A stretch of 64,000 bases of DNA from the human T2T-CHM13v2.0 reference genome, Homo sapiens: NCBI RefSeq assembly GCF_009914755.1, contig NC_060926.1, one strand, 5' to 3'. Below are positions 12,961-24,842 of this stretch, in pieces. Both the position numbers and the translations under genes were made by a program. Positions within the stretch are counted from its first letter, which is position 1, and every line of letters starts with the position of its first letter. The notes beneath the pieces are model-generated. The model did not search any database, was not told the origin of the DNA, and saw only the letters and a program-made list of their open reading frames with translations.

Positions 12961-13535
12961 CTGCTCGGGGGGCGCGGGCCCCGCACCGGGAGACGGCGCC
13001 GCTGCCTGCCGTGCCCACCCCCGCGCCCCCGCCCCGGCGGGCGAAGCCGCCTCGCGGCGCGGGTGGAAAGGTCCAGAAGGGGCCGGGCGGCCCTGGGGAC
13101 CGGCGGGTCCCACGGCGCGCGGCCAGCGCTGGCCCCCGCCTCCCACGGCCGCGCGCGGGGCGGGTGTGGACCGGCGGCGTCCACCTGCCGCGGGCTCCAA
13201 GGCCTGCAGGCTGCGCGGGGCGCGGGGCGGGCGGCGGACAATGGCCCGCGGGCGCCGGGCCGGGGCTGCGCTTACCGCGGCGGGCGGCGGCGGCCGGCTC
13301 TAGCCCTGCTCCGGCGCTCCGCGCCGCATCTCCTCAGCCTGCGCCGCCACCCGCCGGCGCGCGGGCTCGGGCTCGGGCGGCGACAGCCGGGACGCGGCCA
13401 CGGCGCCGCCGGGGGCCCAGGCTGGGAGGCTGTTCGGGCGGCGGCGGCGGCGGCGCGGGCGGGTGCGCGGGCTCGGGCTCGGGCTCGGGCGGCGGCGGGG
13501 ACGGTGCTCCGCGGCGGCGGCCCCACAACCTCCCC
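12961..13535 (-). other. HDAC4: HDAC4 non-coding exon 1 (5' UTR), long form; internal alternative donor at 13276
   Basis: Minus strand reads GGAGGTTGTGGGGCCGCCGCCGCGGAGCACCG...CCCCCCGAGCAG, which I recall as the HDAC4 mRNA 5' UTR. Donors GCG|GTAAGC (13276) and CAG|GTGGGC (12961). TSS approximate. Confidence 0.82.
13438..13490 (-). repeat. (GCC)6 triplet and (GAGCCC)3 hexamer repeats in the 5' UTR
   Basis: (GCG)6 at 13438-13455 and GGGCTCGGGCTCGGGCTC near 13468-13490 on the plus strand. Confidence 0.85.
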
Positions 13536-13639
13536 TCCTCATTCACAAAAAATTGACCCACGTTGAACCATGATGCTTCTCCCCACTCCAGCGTCGAGCC
13601 AGGCGGCGATAGGCCACCCCGCACGCCCGTCAGCCGGCC

Positions 13640-13950
13640 CGGCCCCGCCCAGCCAGCCGGCGGCTCGCCAACCATTGGCTGCGGCAGCCTTGCGTCACCT
13701 CCCCTTGCGGGCCCCGCCCTCCCGCCTGGTTTCTAATGAAGAGCTCGTCAATTACGGCTCGGCCCCGCCTCCCGCCCGCCCGCCCCGGGCGCCTGGCCGG
13801 CCTTCCATTGGCCCGCTGAAACCTGCGCACAGCCCGTCTGCTCCCACCCCTCGCCCAGCGGCTGCTCAACCGCGGGGCCGGATGCCCTATGAGCGGCAGA
13901 GAGGCTCCACCCCTGCCCGCCTCCCCGCACGCGTCCTGGACCTCATTGGC
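13640..13950 (-). promoter_or_regulatory. HDAC4: TATA-less proximal promoter: three CCAAT boxes, Sp/KLF GC boxes, CRE-like site
   Basis: ATTGG at 13674, 13807 and 13945 (CCAAT on minus); GCCCCGCC at about 13642, 13711 and 13762; TGCGTCA at 13691. Confidence 0.7.
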
Positions 13951-14019
13951 TGCTGGAGCTGCCAATTCTAGAGGGTGGGGCGTACCAAAAGACGCTCCAG
14001 GCGCCAGCCGCTGGGTGCT

Positions 14020-14950
14020 TCGCGGTTGAGGAGGCGCAGGGACCGGGGGCCAGTAGTGGCCGTAAACACGGGCCCCGGCCGTGTCCGGTCGCACTCGGTA
14101 GCCCGCATGGCTGCCTAGCGGTCAGCACCGCATGTCTGCGAGCCTAATTCGCGCTTAGAGGGCATACAATGGGGTGCAGGCTAACGCGGGGAGCCGGCCA
14201 GGCCTCGCCGCGGCGTCCATCTTGGATACTGGCAGTGGGTCACGTGGTGCTGCGTGCGCACGGAGGCGCAGGGCGGCCCGGTCACTGAGTGCGCAGGCGC
14301 CGTGGGCCTCGCCCTGCCCCGCGGCGGGAACGCGGCCGTGAGGGTGTGGGGTGTAGGTCCGCCAGGCCTGCAACGGCTGCCGAGGGTCGTGGGATGCGCT
14401 CGCCGCGTCCCTGCTCAGGCGGAGGGAGCCCGGCCCGCCGCCAGGGTCTCGAGTCCGGGTCCAGGCAGGCGTGGAGGTGGCGGGAACGGCGCACCGCCCG
14501 GGTGGGCGTTGTTTTAAGGCCGCAGGGCTTGGGAGGCTTGTGTTGAGTTAAAGGTCGGCCCGTAGATCCCCGGAAGCGCCTTTGGTTGCCAGCAGGTGTC
14601 GGCGAGGGTCTTCAGTGGCCACCCTCCTGGTGGTGATGTTTCCGTTTCTTTCCAACAGGAGTATGACAACTTTTCAACTTGAGTGCACACACTGTCCCCG
14701 GAATCCCGCGTTCCAGGGAGGAAGCGCCTTTGACAGCGCGCGCCGGTTCGTGGGGCCCGACGGCGTGGGCCTGTGGTTGCGGACCTGGCGGAGATGGCGC
14801 GTTCGCTTCGATTGTAGGCCATTCCTTTTAGGAGCTGAGAAAGGATCCGTTTTTACAGCATTCTCGACCTGTGATTCTTGGTGGGGGAAACTAGTTATGT
14901 GGATAAAAATACAGTTAGCAAAATAAAAATGCCAATTTTACATTTCCTTA
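14020..14950 (+). ncRNA. HDAC4-AS1: Divergent (head-to-head) lncRNA, probably HDAC4-AS1
   Basis: Distal half of the CpG island; polypyrimidine acceptor TTTCCGTTTCTTTCCAACAG ending 14658; AATAAA at 14922. Name and ends rest on recall of the locus. Confidence 0.5.
14205..14302. promoter_or_regulatory. Second core-promoter motif cluster (YY1-like, E-box, two NRF1-like sites)
   Basis: CAAGATGGACGCCGC on minus (about 14210-14224); GGTCACGTGG with CACGTG at 14241; TGCGTGCGCA at 14251; TGCGCAGGCGC at 14290. Confidence 0.55.
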
Positions 14951-16649
14951 AATATCTCATTAATAATTAGAAAACTTTGGTCATTGCAAGAAATGCTTAG
15001 GCTAAACTTAGAAGGAAAGGAATGGTGAATTAGAGAACTTTAAAACAAGATACAGCTGAAGAAAAGGAGAGCAATTACGGGGTTTTGGAGACTTGGCTGC
15101 TGATGGAAACGGTGCACTATCTAATTTTCATGTAGAATGAAACAGGGTCTGTAGCTAGCCAACATCTAGATAAGATTCAGTATCATTTGACAGGATTCTC
15201 AAAAACATACAATCACGAGAAAATATTAAAACCTGCCTGTAAGTCTACCAAAGTTAGTTTTTCACGTACAAAGAGAAGTGCCTGCGCAAAAAGTCACGTG
15301 AAACGAGCTCTGGGATCTAATGCTTGCAGAGGTAATTTTTAAAAAGTAGATTTCCATTAGAAGGAATGGGTAGCCCCATTGCTGCGTGCCATTTAGTCCT
15401 CACAGGAGTCCTGAGAGGCACTCCAGCAGAGTGAGGCACCACGCAGACGTTGGGTGGATGGTGCAAGAACCTCACTCGCCATGTCTGGAAAAGAGAAACT
15501 TGGCCTGGGTGGCTGTGTCTGCCATTATGTGTCAGAGGGGCTGTCTGAAGGAGACCGGTGCACAGCCAGTGCAGAGCAATTCAGTACGATAGTGTGCAGT
15601 GAAAGCAAACACGCTATCCTGTGAGCTGTGTATAAGGAGAAAGGTGGGGTGACAACCCCAATGCCTGGGAGCATTCGCGCTTGGGACTTCACATACAGGT
15701 ATTTGACAGAGTCAAATGAATCACACTCAAAGGAATCTCCGTGTTCTCACAGTTGAAAGAAACCAGCATCAAAGACTCAAATTTTAAAATCTAGGGTTGG
15801 TGGATCCAATAAATTGGTAGAACTCCTAGACTGGCTACGATCGGCAAGCTGGCCAATTATAAAATATACAAATAACAGTAACTTTCAGATAACTGACAAC
15901 ATTCAATCGGTAATTAAATAATTGTTGCATATTCAGTATGTGGTGAGCTTTGTGCTAAGCACTTACATATGTGTTAGAAAATACGAAACATTCTCAATTA
16001 GCAAAAACATTTTAAGTACCTAAATGTAACACTAAGTTCCAACAGAACTTCCTGGGAATTGTGAAAATCGTTAAATAGTTCATCTGGAAGAATAAAGATT
16101 TGAGAGCAGTCAAAAAGAAGAGTAATGAAGGAGAAACTGTGCTTCCAGAAAATAAAAACATGTTATCTGGGCTCCGAAATGAAAACAACGTGATATTGGC
16201 CCAGATCAATGCAAAATAATAGAAAGTAAAGGAATGGCCCCAAGCAAATGTACTGACTCCAGGCTGATACCCAGCCGATATGTGTATGATCAGTGTGCTC
16301 CAGCTGTTCTTAATGGGCAGCTTTGCAGGCTGGTCAGTGCCTGTGCCTCACCAACTATTGACTAGTTTTAATACCACCCCTGTAGGGATTTAAAGTATAA
16401 TGAAAGTGGCTTTTCAAATCAGTGAGAAAGCAATATGGTAGGGTACCTGCTAATCATTTGAAGAGAAGAGATTAAAGTTGAAATCTTTACTCATCAAATG
16501 GAGTAAAGACTTAAGTTTTAAAAAAAGTACTAAGGAAAAACTCTGGACATCTCTATAGGGTTGTGGAATATAAAGAATATTGTCAACAGTCATAAAGGGA
16601 AATAATTGAGAATTTAGCTATGTTGTAATTAAAATTTAGTGTATAATCA

Positions 16650-16995
16650 GTGGGAAAATGGATAAACCCCAACTGCAAAATACAAGGGAATATTACTCAG
16701 CAATAAAAAAGAATGAACTGTTATAGACGGTTGAACGTCAAGAACATCATAAAAGATGTCAGATACAAAAGGGTTTACACTGTATGACTGTTAATATGAA
16801 ATTCAGCCAAATATGGGGTAGAGATCAGAACAGTTCTCTCCAGATTGGGGGCCTACAGAGGGTGGACTGGGAAGGACACGACAACCTTCCCGGGCAATGG
16901 AGATAATACACTTTCTGTCTGGGGTGTAGATCGCATAGGGGTACGTACCGATCAAAACTCGTTGAATTTAAGAGCTGTGCCTTTCTCAGGAATAT
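16650..16995 (+). mobile_element. Old L1M 3'-end fragment
   Basis: AATGGATAAA...GGAATATTACTCAGCAATAAAAAAGAATGAACTG is a typical L1M ORF2-end/3'UTR motif. Confidence 0.65.
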
Positions 16996-17945
16996 TTTAA
17001 TTCAGAAGAAAAAAAAATTGTTGAAGGCAGTGGCTGCCCCAGTTTGGAGGGGAAGGGGGGACTTCTGGTGCTTCAGAACACAATAAAATTAAGACAAGTG
17101 AGTGGGGAAAGCGTTTGCGTGGGATTCGTAGAGGCTGATCTTCACAGGCAGGAGGGTTTTCAGAGCGGAGCAGCCCATACATAAAGCAGGCAGGGACAAG
17201 GAGAGGCAAAGACAAAAGAAGAAACGCCCATAAACATGACAGGATGTTCTCTAATAAAAGAAGTGCAATGCTTTGTTTGATAAAAGCAAATGTGTGGAAA
17301 TAAACGCTATTATACAGCAACTGAGTGTCAACTGATAGAAACTTTCAGACAGCTACTTAACCACACTCATAAATAAAACCTGCAAAATTTGCACCTTCTT
17401 TCACCTAGTGATTGCAATTTTAGAACCTCATTCAAAGAGACAAACATGGATGCTGATAAACATTTAGCTAAAAGGTCCACAGAAACAATGGTTGGTTGGG
17501 ATGAATATGTATGCATATATCACCAAAAATAAGGGGTTTTATATCAGGGAAAGAAATTCACTTTATAGTTTCAAGGGAAAAGAAAGACAAGAAGACCTCA
17601 TTACAATGTGATGTAATTTTTACAAATGAAAGCATTTATAGACACAAAAACAATGAGGAAAAATGTGTCCTCTTCTAAGTGGAAAATGAGAGATTCTTGT
17701 TTTCTTTTGCTCACTTGTTTTCTTAATTCTTCAGTGAACATGTTTTTCTTTTGTAAAAAAATAATTATTTAAAAAAATTCAAGAAGGACATGAAGTTCAC
17801 TAAGGAGACAGCAAGGTCTGAGAGACTCTGTCAAGCGGGCACGAGCCGGGGGCTGTAGGACAGATGTGGGAGGTGCAGCCTGGGCTGCAGTGGAGGGAGC
17901 AGGGGTGGGGTAGTTCAGGGCTCTTCTCACAGCCCTAAAACTTTC

Positions 17946-18376
17946 TTTTTTTTATTATTATTATACTTTAAGTTCAAGGATACATGTGCACAATGTGCAG
18001 GTTTGTTACATACGTATACATGTGCCATGTTGGTGTGCTGCACCCGTTAACTCGTCATTTACATTAGATATGTAATGCTGTCCCTCCCTCCTCTCCCCAC
18101 CCCACGACAGGCCCCGATGTGTGATGTTCCCCAGCCTGTGTCCACGTGTTCTCATTGCTCAATTCCACCCTACGAGTGGTACGCACTATTCACAATAGCA
18201 AAGACTTGGAACCAACCCGAATGTCCATCAATGATAGACTGGATTATGAAAACGTGGCATCGATACACCATGGAATACTATGCAACCATAAAAAAGGATG
18301 AGTTCATGCCTTTGTAGGGACATGGATGAAGCTGGAAACCATCATTCTGAGCAAATTATCACAAGGACAGAAAATT
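17946..18376 (-). mobile_element. 5'-truncated, 5'-inverted L1PA element
   Basis: Reverse L1PA 3'UTR plus poly(T) at 17946-18178, then forward ORF2 end at 18183-18374; 17-bp TSD ACAGCCCTAA(A/G)ACTTTC (17929-17945 and 18377-18393). Confidence 0.92.
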
Positions 18377-20824
18377 ACAGCCCTAAGACTTTCAACTCTT
18401 CCATATCTTTCAGCGGACCCTCTGCCCTCCAACACTTTAACCCAAGACCTGCTCCAGATAGGGATGACACAACCAGCTCATTGAAATAAGTAGCAAGAGA
18501 CCAACAAAACAGCTGGTGATGGACGCTCCCCTGGGTCCCCTTGCCCAGCTTTCAGCCTTGGGTGACTGATTCAATGGAAGTGAACTTGACCAAGCAGACC
18601 CAGTCAAAAGCTACCAAAGTTGGCTTGAGATTTTTGCTTTAGTTTATGTTTTTTGAGGTAAAATATTGAGGTCATTAGCATGTAAGGAGGAGCTGAAGTC
18701 ACTACAGGGGGTGAGGCCAGGTAGGGAGTGGCTAGAAATGGCAGGAGCAGTGGAGTCCAGGAAGAGAAGAGAGAAGAGGCCGAGAGCTGAGAGGCTGGAG
18801 GCTGGGGGACTGGGAAAAAGTCCTCCGGATGAGGCCTTTGCTGTTCAGGGAAGTAAGTTTGCACGTGATTGCTATCTGAGGAATTTAAGTGCCAACTACC
18901 TTAGCTCAGGTCCAAAAGCAGAGCCTGATACAAGGACACAGGTGCAGCAGGGGTTTGGGAGGAGGCCCCAGGAGGCAGGAGTGACAGACCTGGGGGCTGG
19001 AGATGGGACAGGAAAGGAAGGACAGCCAGTCCTGGGCTGTGATGTGCAGTTGGCCAGACTGTTCATCTCTGAGAAGGAGGAGGAAGCATTTTTCGATCAG
19101 CTTCCAAACACCAGTGGTCAAGTGCTGCCCCACAGGGGTTAAGTAAGGCCCCCCATGCTTCCAGGCTGGGCAAGCAGGAGTTCTGAGAGAGCCCCCCAAA
19201 CACCCCACTCTGAGCATCAGAGAATCTCTGGGAAATGAGACAAGAGAGGCACCACAGGCCAAGGGGAGGAGACACCAGGGCGCATCTGCGGGGCCCAGGG
19301 AGCACTGGCCATGGAAGCGTGGCTGAGATGAGAGGGAGCTCCAGCTGCTAGAAGGGGTGCTGAGGCGAGGCCAGAGGCCAGGTCTCCTGCTGTTCCAGGA
19401 GGTGCTACGGACCCTGGAAGGCTCAGAGGCATCGGCTGGGTAGCTACCACGGTCACCAAGCAAACATGAAGTGAGGAGCGTCTGAGGAGCTGGTGGGGGA
19501 GACCCAAGGCAAAAAGTTTCATGTGCGGCTCCTCCACTTCCCGCAGGCAGCATCCCCATAAGTCCATCCTAAGTGGAAAATGCTTCGAATACACCGAAAC
19601 TGCCAAGCGTCATGGCTCAGCCTCGCCTGCCTCCAGTGGGTTCAGAACACATGCATTAGCCTACAGTGGGACAAAATCATCTTACACAAGCCTGTTTTAT
19701 AATAAAGGGTTGAGCACCTCACGTCACTCATTGAACACTGTAAATTAGGTCAAAACTGCAACAGGCCAAGTCAGACCCTCCTGAGTCGGGACTGTCTGTA
19801 TTTTCCTCTTAGTACGGGAGACCGGGGTAGGTCTGTGGCCAGGGCGGAGGCGTGGGGGAAGTGCCCCTGAGAGAGTCCCAGGGAGGAATGTGGAGGATGC
19901 CGTGGGAGTGCCAGGCCCGTCCCGAGCGTGTGTGGCACGTGGCAAGTGTCAGGCAGAGGCTCACACATCTCGTGTCTAAATACTATAAATAAAAGGGCAA
20001 ATTCAGCCAATAGACTGTGACAAGGAAAGTGCCCATCCTCCTCCTGCCACACTCATCCCGCTGTAACTGTCTGGAATTTAAAATCCTCAGGGGCCTCAAG
20101 ATTCTGCCTCAGAGGGAGCTGCAGTCAGCCTCTGCCTTGTTCCTTTCTCCTTTTGCCACTGGCCTTGTCTTGCACTTCAAGGAGCCTGTCTCCCATGCCC
20201 AGCCTGATTCAAGCTCTACCCACACTCCCAGACAGCCACCCCTTGGCCTCCCTGCAGACCTGAGTGTGGCAGCCCCGTGCCACAGTCTGCCTTTGGGCCA
20301 TGGATCTCAGAATAGGCCCGTGCCTGTTTGGAAATGGCTTCGGGTCATCTGGATGTGGAATCCTGGGCCCCTGTCACCTGGAGCATGGGTCCCCGAGCAA
20401 CACCCACGATGGTCGGTCGCAGCGACTTCTCAGCTAGAGAGAAAGATACCCTGGAGGGGCCAGATAGCCTGCTTCAATAGCACGGGTCCTGGAACAGGAG
20501 GCCAGGTCAGGACCCTTGTGCTCAGGTCTCAGACGGGCTCTGAAAACCCCAAGCAGGAAGATCCTCAAACAGTAGGGGGCCTCTGAAAGAAAGGGGAGGG
20601 GGTGAGAATGGGCAGAGATGAGTCTACAGGTGAGGGCAGGAGGCTGAGGATGGCAGCCTTATGTTTATAATAGACATGGTCCTGAGCTGAGACCCAGGAG
20701 TAAAGACAGGGTGATGACAACAATAATCAACACGTGATGTGCTTGCTATGAGCCAGGTGCTGTGGGAGTGGCATTGGCAGGGTATTGAAGAGAGAGCTGA
20801 GCAGGCTATTAGAAAGCATTGCTA

Positions 20825-21112
20825 GCCAGGTGCTGTGGCTCACGCCTGTAATCCCAGCACTTTGGGAGGCCGAGGTGGGCGGATCACGAGGTCAGGAGAT
20901 CAAGACCATCCTGGCTAACACGGTGAAACCCTGTCTCTACTAAAAATACAAAAAATTAGCCAGGCATGGTGGTGGGTGCCTGTAGTCCCAGCTACTTGGG
21001 AGACTGAGGCAGAAGAATGGTGTGAACCCGAGAGGCGGAGCTTGTACTGAGCCGAGATCGCGCCACTGCACTCTATCCTGGGCGACAGAGCGAGACTCGG
21101 TCTCAAAAAAAA
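20825..21112 (+). mobile_element. AluY
   Basis: GATCACGAGGTCAGGAGATC...CCATCCTGGCTAACACGG and GGCGGAGCTTG; TSD AAAGCATTGCT. Confidence 0.92.
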
Positions 21113-21899
21113 GCATTGCTGAGTGGTGCTGAGGGCCCACCCAGTCAAATGCAGGGTTTGTAATGGCACCAGGGTCATTTATCTTTTCTGGTAGCACTGA
21201 GAAGGCCAGCTGCAAAATTCTTGTATTGTTGGATAGATGCAAGGTTGGTGGTAGGGCTGAAGGACAAAGGAGCAAAGCCCTAGGGGTACTAGCTATGGTG
21301 GTGGGCATGACTCACTGTGAGGTCCAGGCCGCAGAGGACAGGAAGGGCAAAAGGGCAGAGTTGGATGAGAAAAGGGCAGGGGTAAGGACCTGGAGGTTCC
21401 AGTGAGCTCAGTGCCCGGGCTGAGTAGCTGTAGCCCAGAGACTTGTGGAAAGACATTATTATTTTCAGCTTAAGATTTCAGCGGTAGGGGAGAGGGCAAA
21501 GCTCAGGATCCTGGCAAGGGGGCTGACTCGCTTACCTGGAAACATTCTCATTACAAAGGACCTAGGAGTGCTGCCTAAAAGGCTGCGTTTTGAAGAACAC
21601 ATGGCTGAGTATATACAAGCAAGTAAGGGAACTCCGTAAAGACGAGAAATCTCCTAAACTGATGCCTTAGGAAAAAGCCCTTCCTGATACCTCTAACTCA
21701 GGGGCTGAGGCGTTTGAATTCTAGATCCTTAGTGAAAGGACAGACTAGAAAAAAATCTGGCCAGTGGAACACAGAGACAATGAGGAAGAGCATCTGTTTC
21801 CACCTTGGTTCTGGGTGGGGAAAAGGCTTCTTGCAAATTTGTAGCAGGGCCTACCCTCACTTGGGTTTGATACATGCTACCCGCACAATCCAGGAACTC

Positions 21900-22460
21900 T
21901 CAGGCCCCAAAAGTAACATGAAAAGTAGTCCAGGTGTAGGATACTCTCAGAACTTCTGGCAGAAGCAAACAGTGGCAATGAGGGTAACACCCTCAACCTA
22001 GGTTACACGGGATTCCCAGGAATAGAGCCTCACGCAAAATGACCTCACGACCGAAAATGACAGGATGTAAAGGTTTTATATAAATATGTAAAATGTTATG
22101 TAAGTTTATAAAACCCAAAGGAAACAATTCACCATGAGCAAGAGTCAGCAGATGAAGAACAGGATGATGCCTCCAGCCAAGGCAATGGGATTATAAGAGA
22201 GCTTAAAAATAAATGTTAGAAATTGCTAAAGGCATCAAGGAAGTTACATTGACTATGAACCGAAGAATAAGACACTAAGGAAAAGAAGAGTGGAATTTTT
22301 CAAGGAACCAAGTAAAACATCTGGATATGAGAAATGTAGTCATTAAAATTAAAAATTCGGTGGGGAAAATAAAAAGCATCTTAGAAAACCTTGTTAGCAA
22401 CTTGTCAAATGGACCCAAGGAATTTATCCAAATGCAGACCCCAGGATAAAAGATATGGAA
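21900..22460 (+). mobile_element. Ancient L1 ORF1-region remnant
   Basis: A-rich degenerate sequence with CACCATGAGCAAGAGTCAGCAG and AAAGATATGGAAG motifs. Confidence 0.4.
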
Positions 22461-23183
22461 GCGTCTCTTTTTTACTAGGAGAGTGGTGGCCATGTGGGTG
22501 CTTGGGACAGATCTCCATTACCTGGAAGTGTGGCCTGCGAATGGCTTACAGCTGTGTCATGCTCCAGAGAGCTGTCGTTGGTCAAAGGGGAGTCACCTCA
22601 CCTGGAAATGCTTGGGAGGTTACCTGTCTCCGCTCCCAGATGGCCAGTGTCTGACCCCCAGGGATAGGAAGCCCAGATCCCTGTACAGCAAGTCATGCTC
22701 CTGAGCTCCCCATGGGCTCAGGCTGAGCCTTGGCTGGCTTGAGCCTAAATCACGACCTTTCCTAACTTCCCCCCACGCCTGCTGTGCACTGTCCTTCCTC
22801 TGGCCCTACTCCCTGCCCTGCCATCCTCCCTTCACTTCCTGGCAGGGTACCCCCTGCGAGTAATCCTCGAGAAAGCATTTGTACAGCAGCCCTCACCTCA
22901 CCCTCAGCCTCTTGGGTATCTGATCTAGAACAGGGCATTGCAGGAGGAGAGAATGGAGGAGGAGCAAGATAATGGCTGAGAAGTTCTTAGCATTACGGAA
23001 GGAGGGGGATCCTCAGGCTCAGGAAGTCCTGCGAGCCCTGAGGATGGTAAGTAACATAATGATACACTGGACCTATGGTAGCAACACTGCCCAATGCCAA
23101 TGCAAAGAAAGCTTTCCTAAAAGCGCCACAAAGAAACGGCAGGTGGCCTCCTGAGGAATGATCATTGGACTGATGGCAGACTA

Positions 23184-23390
23184 TTTGTTTTTTGGGTTTT
23201 GTTTTTTTTTTGTTTGTTTGTTTGTTTTCTGAGACATAATCTCACTCTGGCACCCAGGCTGAAGTACAATGGCCTAATCATGGCTCACTGCAGCCTTGAA
23301 CTCTTGGGCTTAAGTGATCCTCCCACTTCATCACCCTCCCAAATAGCTGGGACTATAGGCACACACCACCGTGCTTGGCTAATTTTTTAA
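23184..23390 (-). mobile_element. Alu right-arm fragment (AluJ/FRAM-like)
   Basis: Poly(T/G) tail followed by a single reverse Alu monomer ending GGCTAATTTTT. Confidence 0.8.
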
Positions 23391-23399
23391 TTCTTAGTT

Positions 23400-24560
23400 T
23401 TAGCAGCTTCTGCAGTTGGAGAGCAAACTGTGCTGAAAATCAGGCCCAAGCTTGGATTACAAAGTGATAGAGGCTGAGTTCATACTCCAGCAAGCTTCTG
23501 GTGTTAAAGTCAAGGGTAGGGTCCTTGGTGGGGAAAGAGTGGGATCCTAGATGTAGGAGAGGAACATTTCAGAGGATGCGTGTGAGGTCTTGGAACCTCC
23601 AGACTCTCCTACGGGCCCCAGGCCAGCACGAGTGGCCTTCCCCATGCCAGAGCAGAGACTCGCTCAGCACCTATAGGGTTTGCAAAGCCTTGGCTCAGGC
23701 AGTTCCTCCCAAGGTGAGGAGCCACCTTCCCTACCTTCCCTCATTGCTTCTAGGGTGACTGTCAGCTCCTCCCTGGATCAGGCAGGAGGCTTACAGCCCC
23801 AGCTACAGGAAAAAAGGGATTATTTAACAGAAACTTGGGAGCTAATGAATATAACATGGGCAGGAACAGGAGCATAGATCCCGAGGGTGCCGATGGGAGC
23901 AGCACAGACCCAAGAGAGAGAAGACGTAGTCACGTAGGTCCCCCTCTGTGACTCAGGATTTCACACCCCAGTAAGGACATGGAGGACTGGAACTGATGGG
24001 TTGCCAGAATGTTCCTTGAAGCATGGAGACAATGGCCAACAGTGGTGGAGGGGAGCCGCCAGGCCTGCCTTGGGGGTCAGTAAGGAAGGGGTCAGGAAGT
24101 CCAAGAGGTGGGCGCACTGAGAGAGATTGATCACATGAAGTTCCCACAAGGAACACAGGACTCTCTCTGCATTCAGGTGGCAAGAAAAGAACTTTTAGAA
24201 GAGGTGTGAGCATCATTGAGAAAGCTGGAGGTGTCTGTCTTCAGTAGGACAGGGCAGAAGAGGGAGGGCCTTGATGAACCTGAGTCCTCGCGTGTTCTTG
24301 GGAGTGGCAGGATCCTGAATAGCAGGGGCAGTGGCAGTTCACCATCTGGGGCAAGGTGCACGTAATTTCCATGACGGGCAGCAAGCCAGGACAGCAGATA
24401 AGGTGCTCAATTCACAGGTGTTGGTGGTGATGCCAACAGACCAGGGAGGTCCTGGGGGGCCGAGAGACAGCAGCCAATGGGGGGCACTACTTTCTAACAT
24501 AGAATCAATAAAGGCTAGAGGTGGGTGGACAGAGGCTGGTGTCAGCTGCCACAAGGAAAA
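23400..24560 (+). mobile_element. Degenerate ERVL/MaLR internal remnant
   Basis: TGTTAAAGTCAAGGG...GGGAAAGAGTGGGATCCT resembles ERVL-type internal sequence; extent uncertain. Confidence 0.35.
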
Positions 24561-24842
24561 TCACAACCCCTCACCCAATGGCCAGACCTGAGTCAGTTCT
24601 CAGCCACCAGTCCAGCGATGGAGGTCCTGAGGCACCACAGCCAGTTAATAGACTAGCTCTTTTCCCTGTGCTTCCCCACAGGACCTCCAGCCATTCAGAG
24701 CAACTGCCCCCTGTGGAGCAGGGAAGATCCAGGCCTCGGGAGAACTGCTGCATACAGGATTGAGCTGACACTGAAATCAGAGGTGCCCCTACAATCCTTG
24801 TTTGAGAAGGGCACACACAGTGCAGATGGTACCTGGGTCTTG

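Larger units (their letters stand above)
12640..14830. promoter_or_regulatory. HDAC4: CpG island / bidirectional promoter region
   Basis: Very high GC and CpG density compared with CpG-depleted flanks; contains exon 1, GC boxes and CCAAT boxes. Confidence 0.95.

Noticed and set aside
12634-14546. Many overlapping Arg/Gly/Pro/Ala-rich ORFs
   Set aside because: Expected from stop-codon scarcity in a CpG island; only the short uORF is kept as a hypothesis.
18906-19559. 217-aa ORF and neighbouring 150-190 aa ORFs
   Set aside because: GC-rich low-information translations without domain, splice or codon support.
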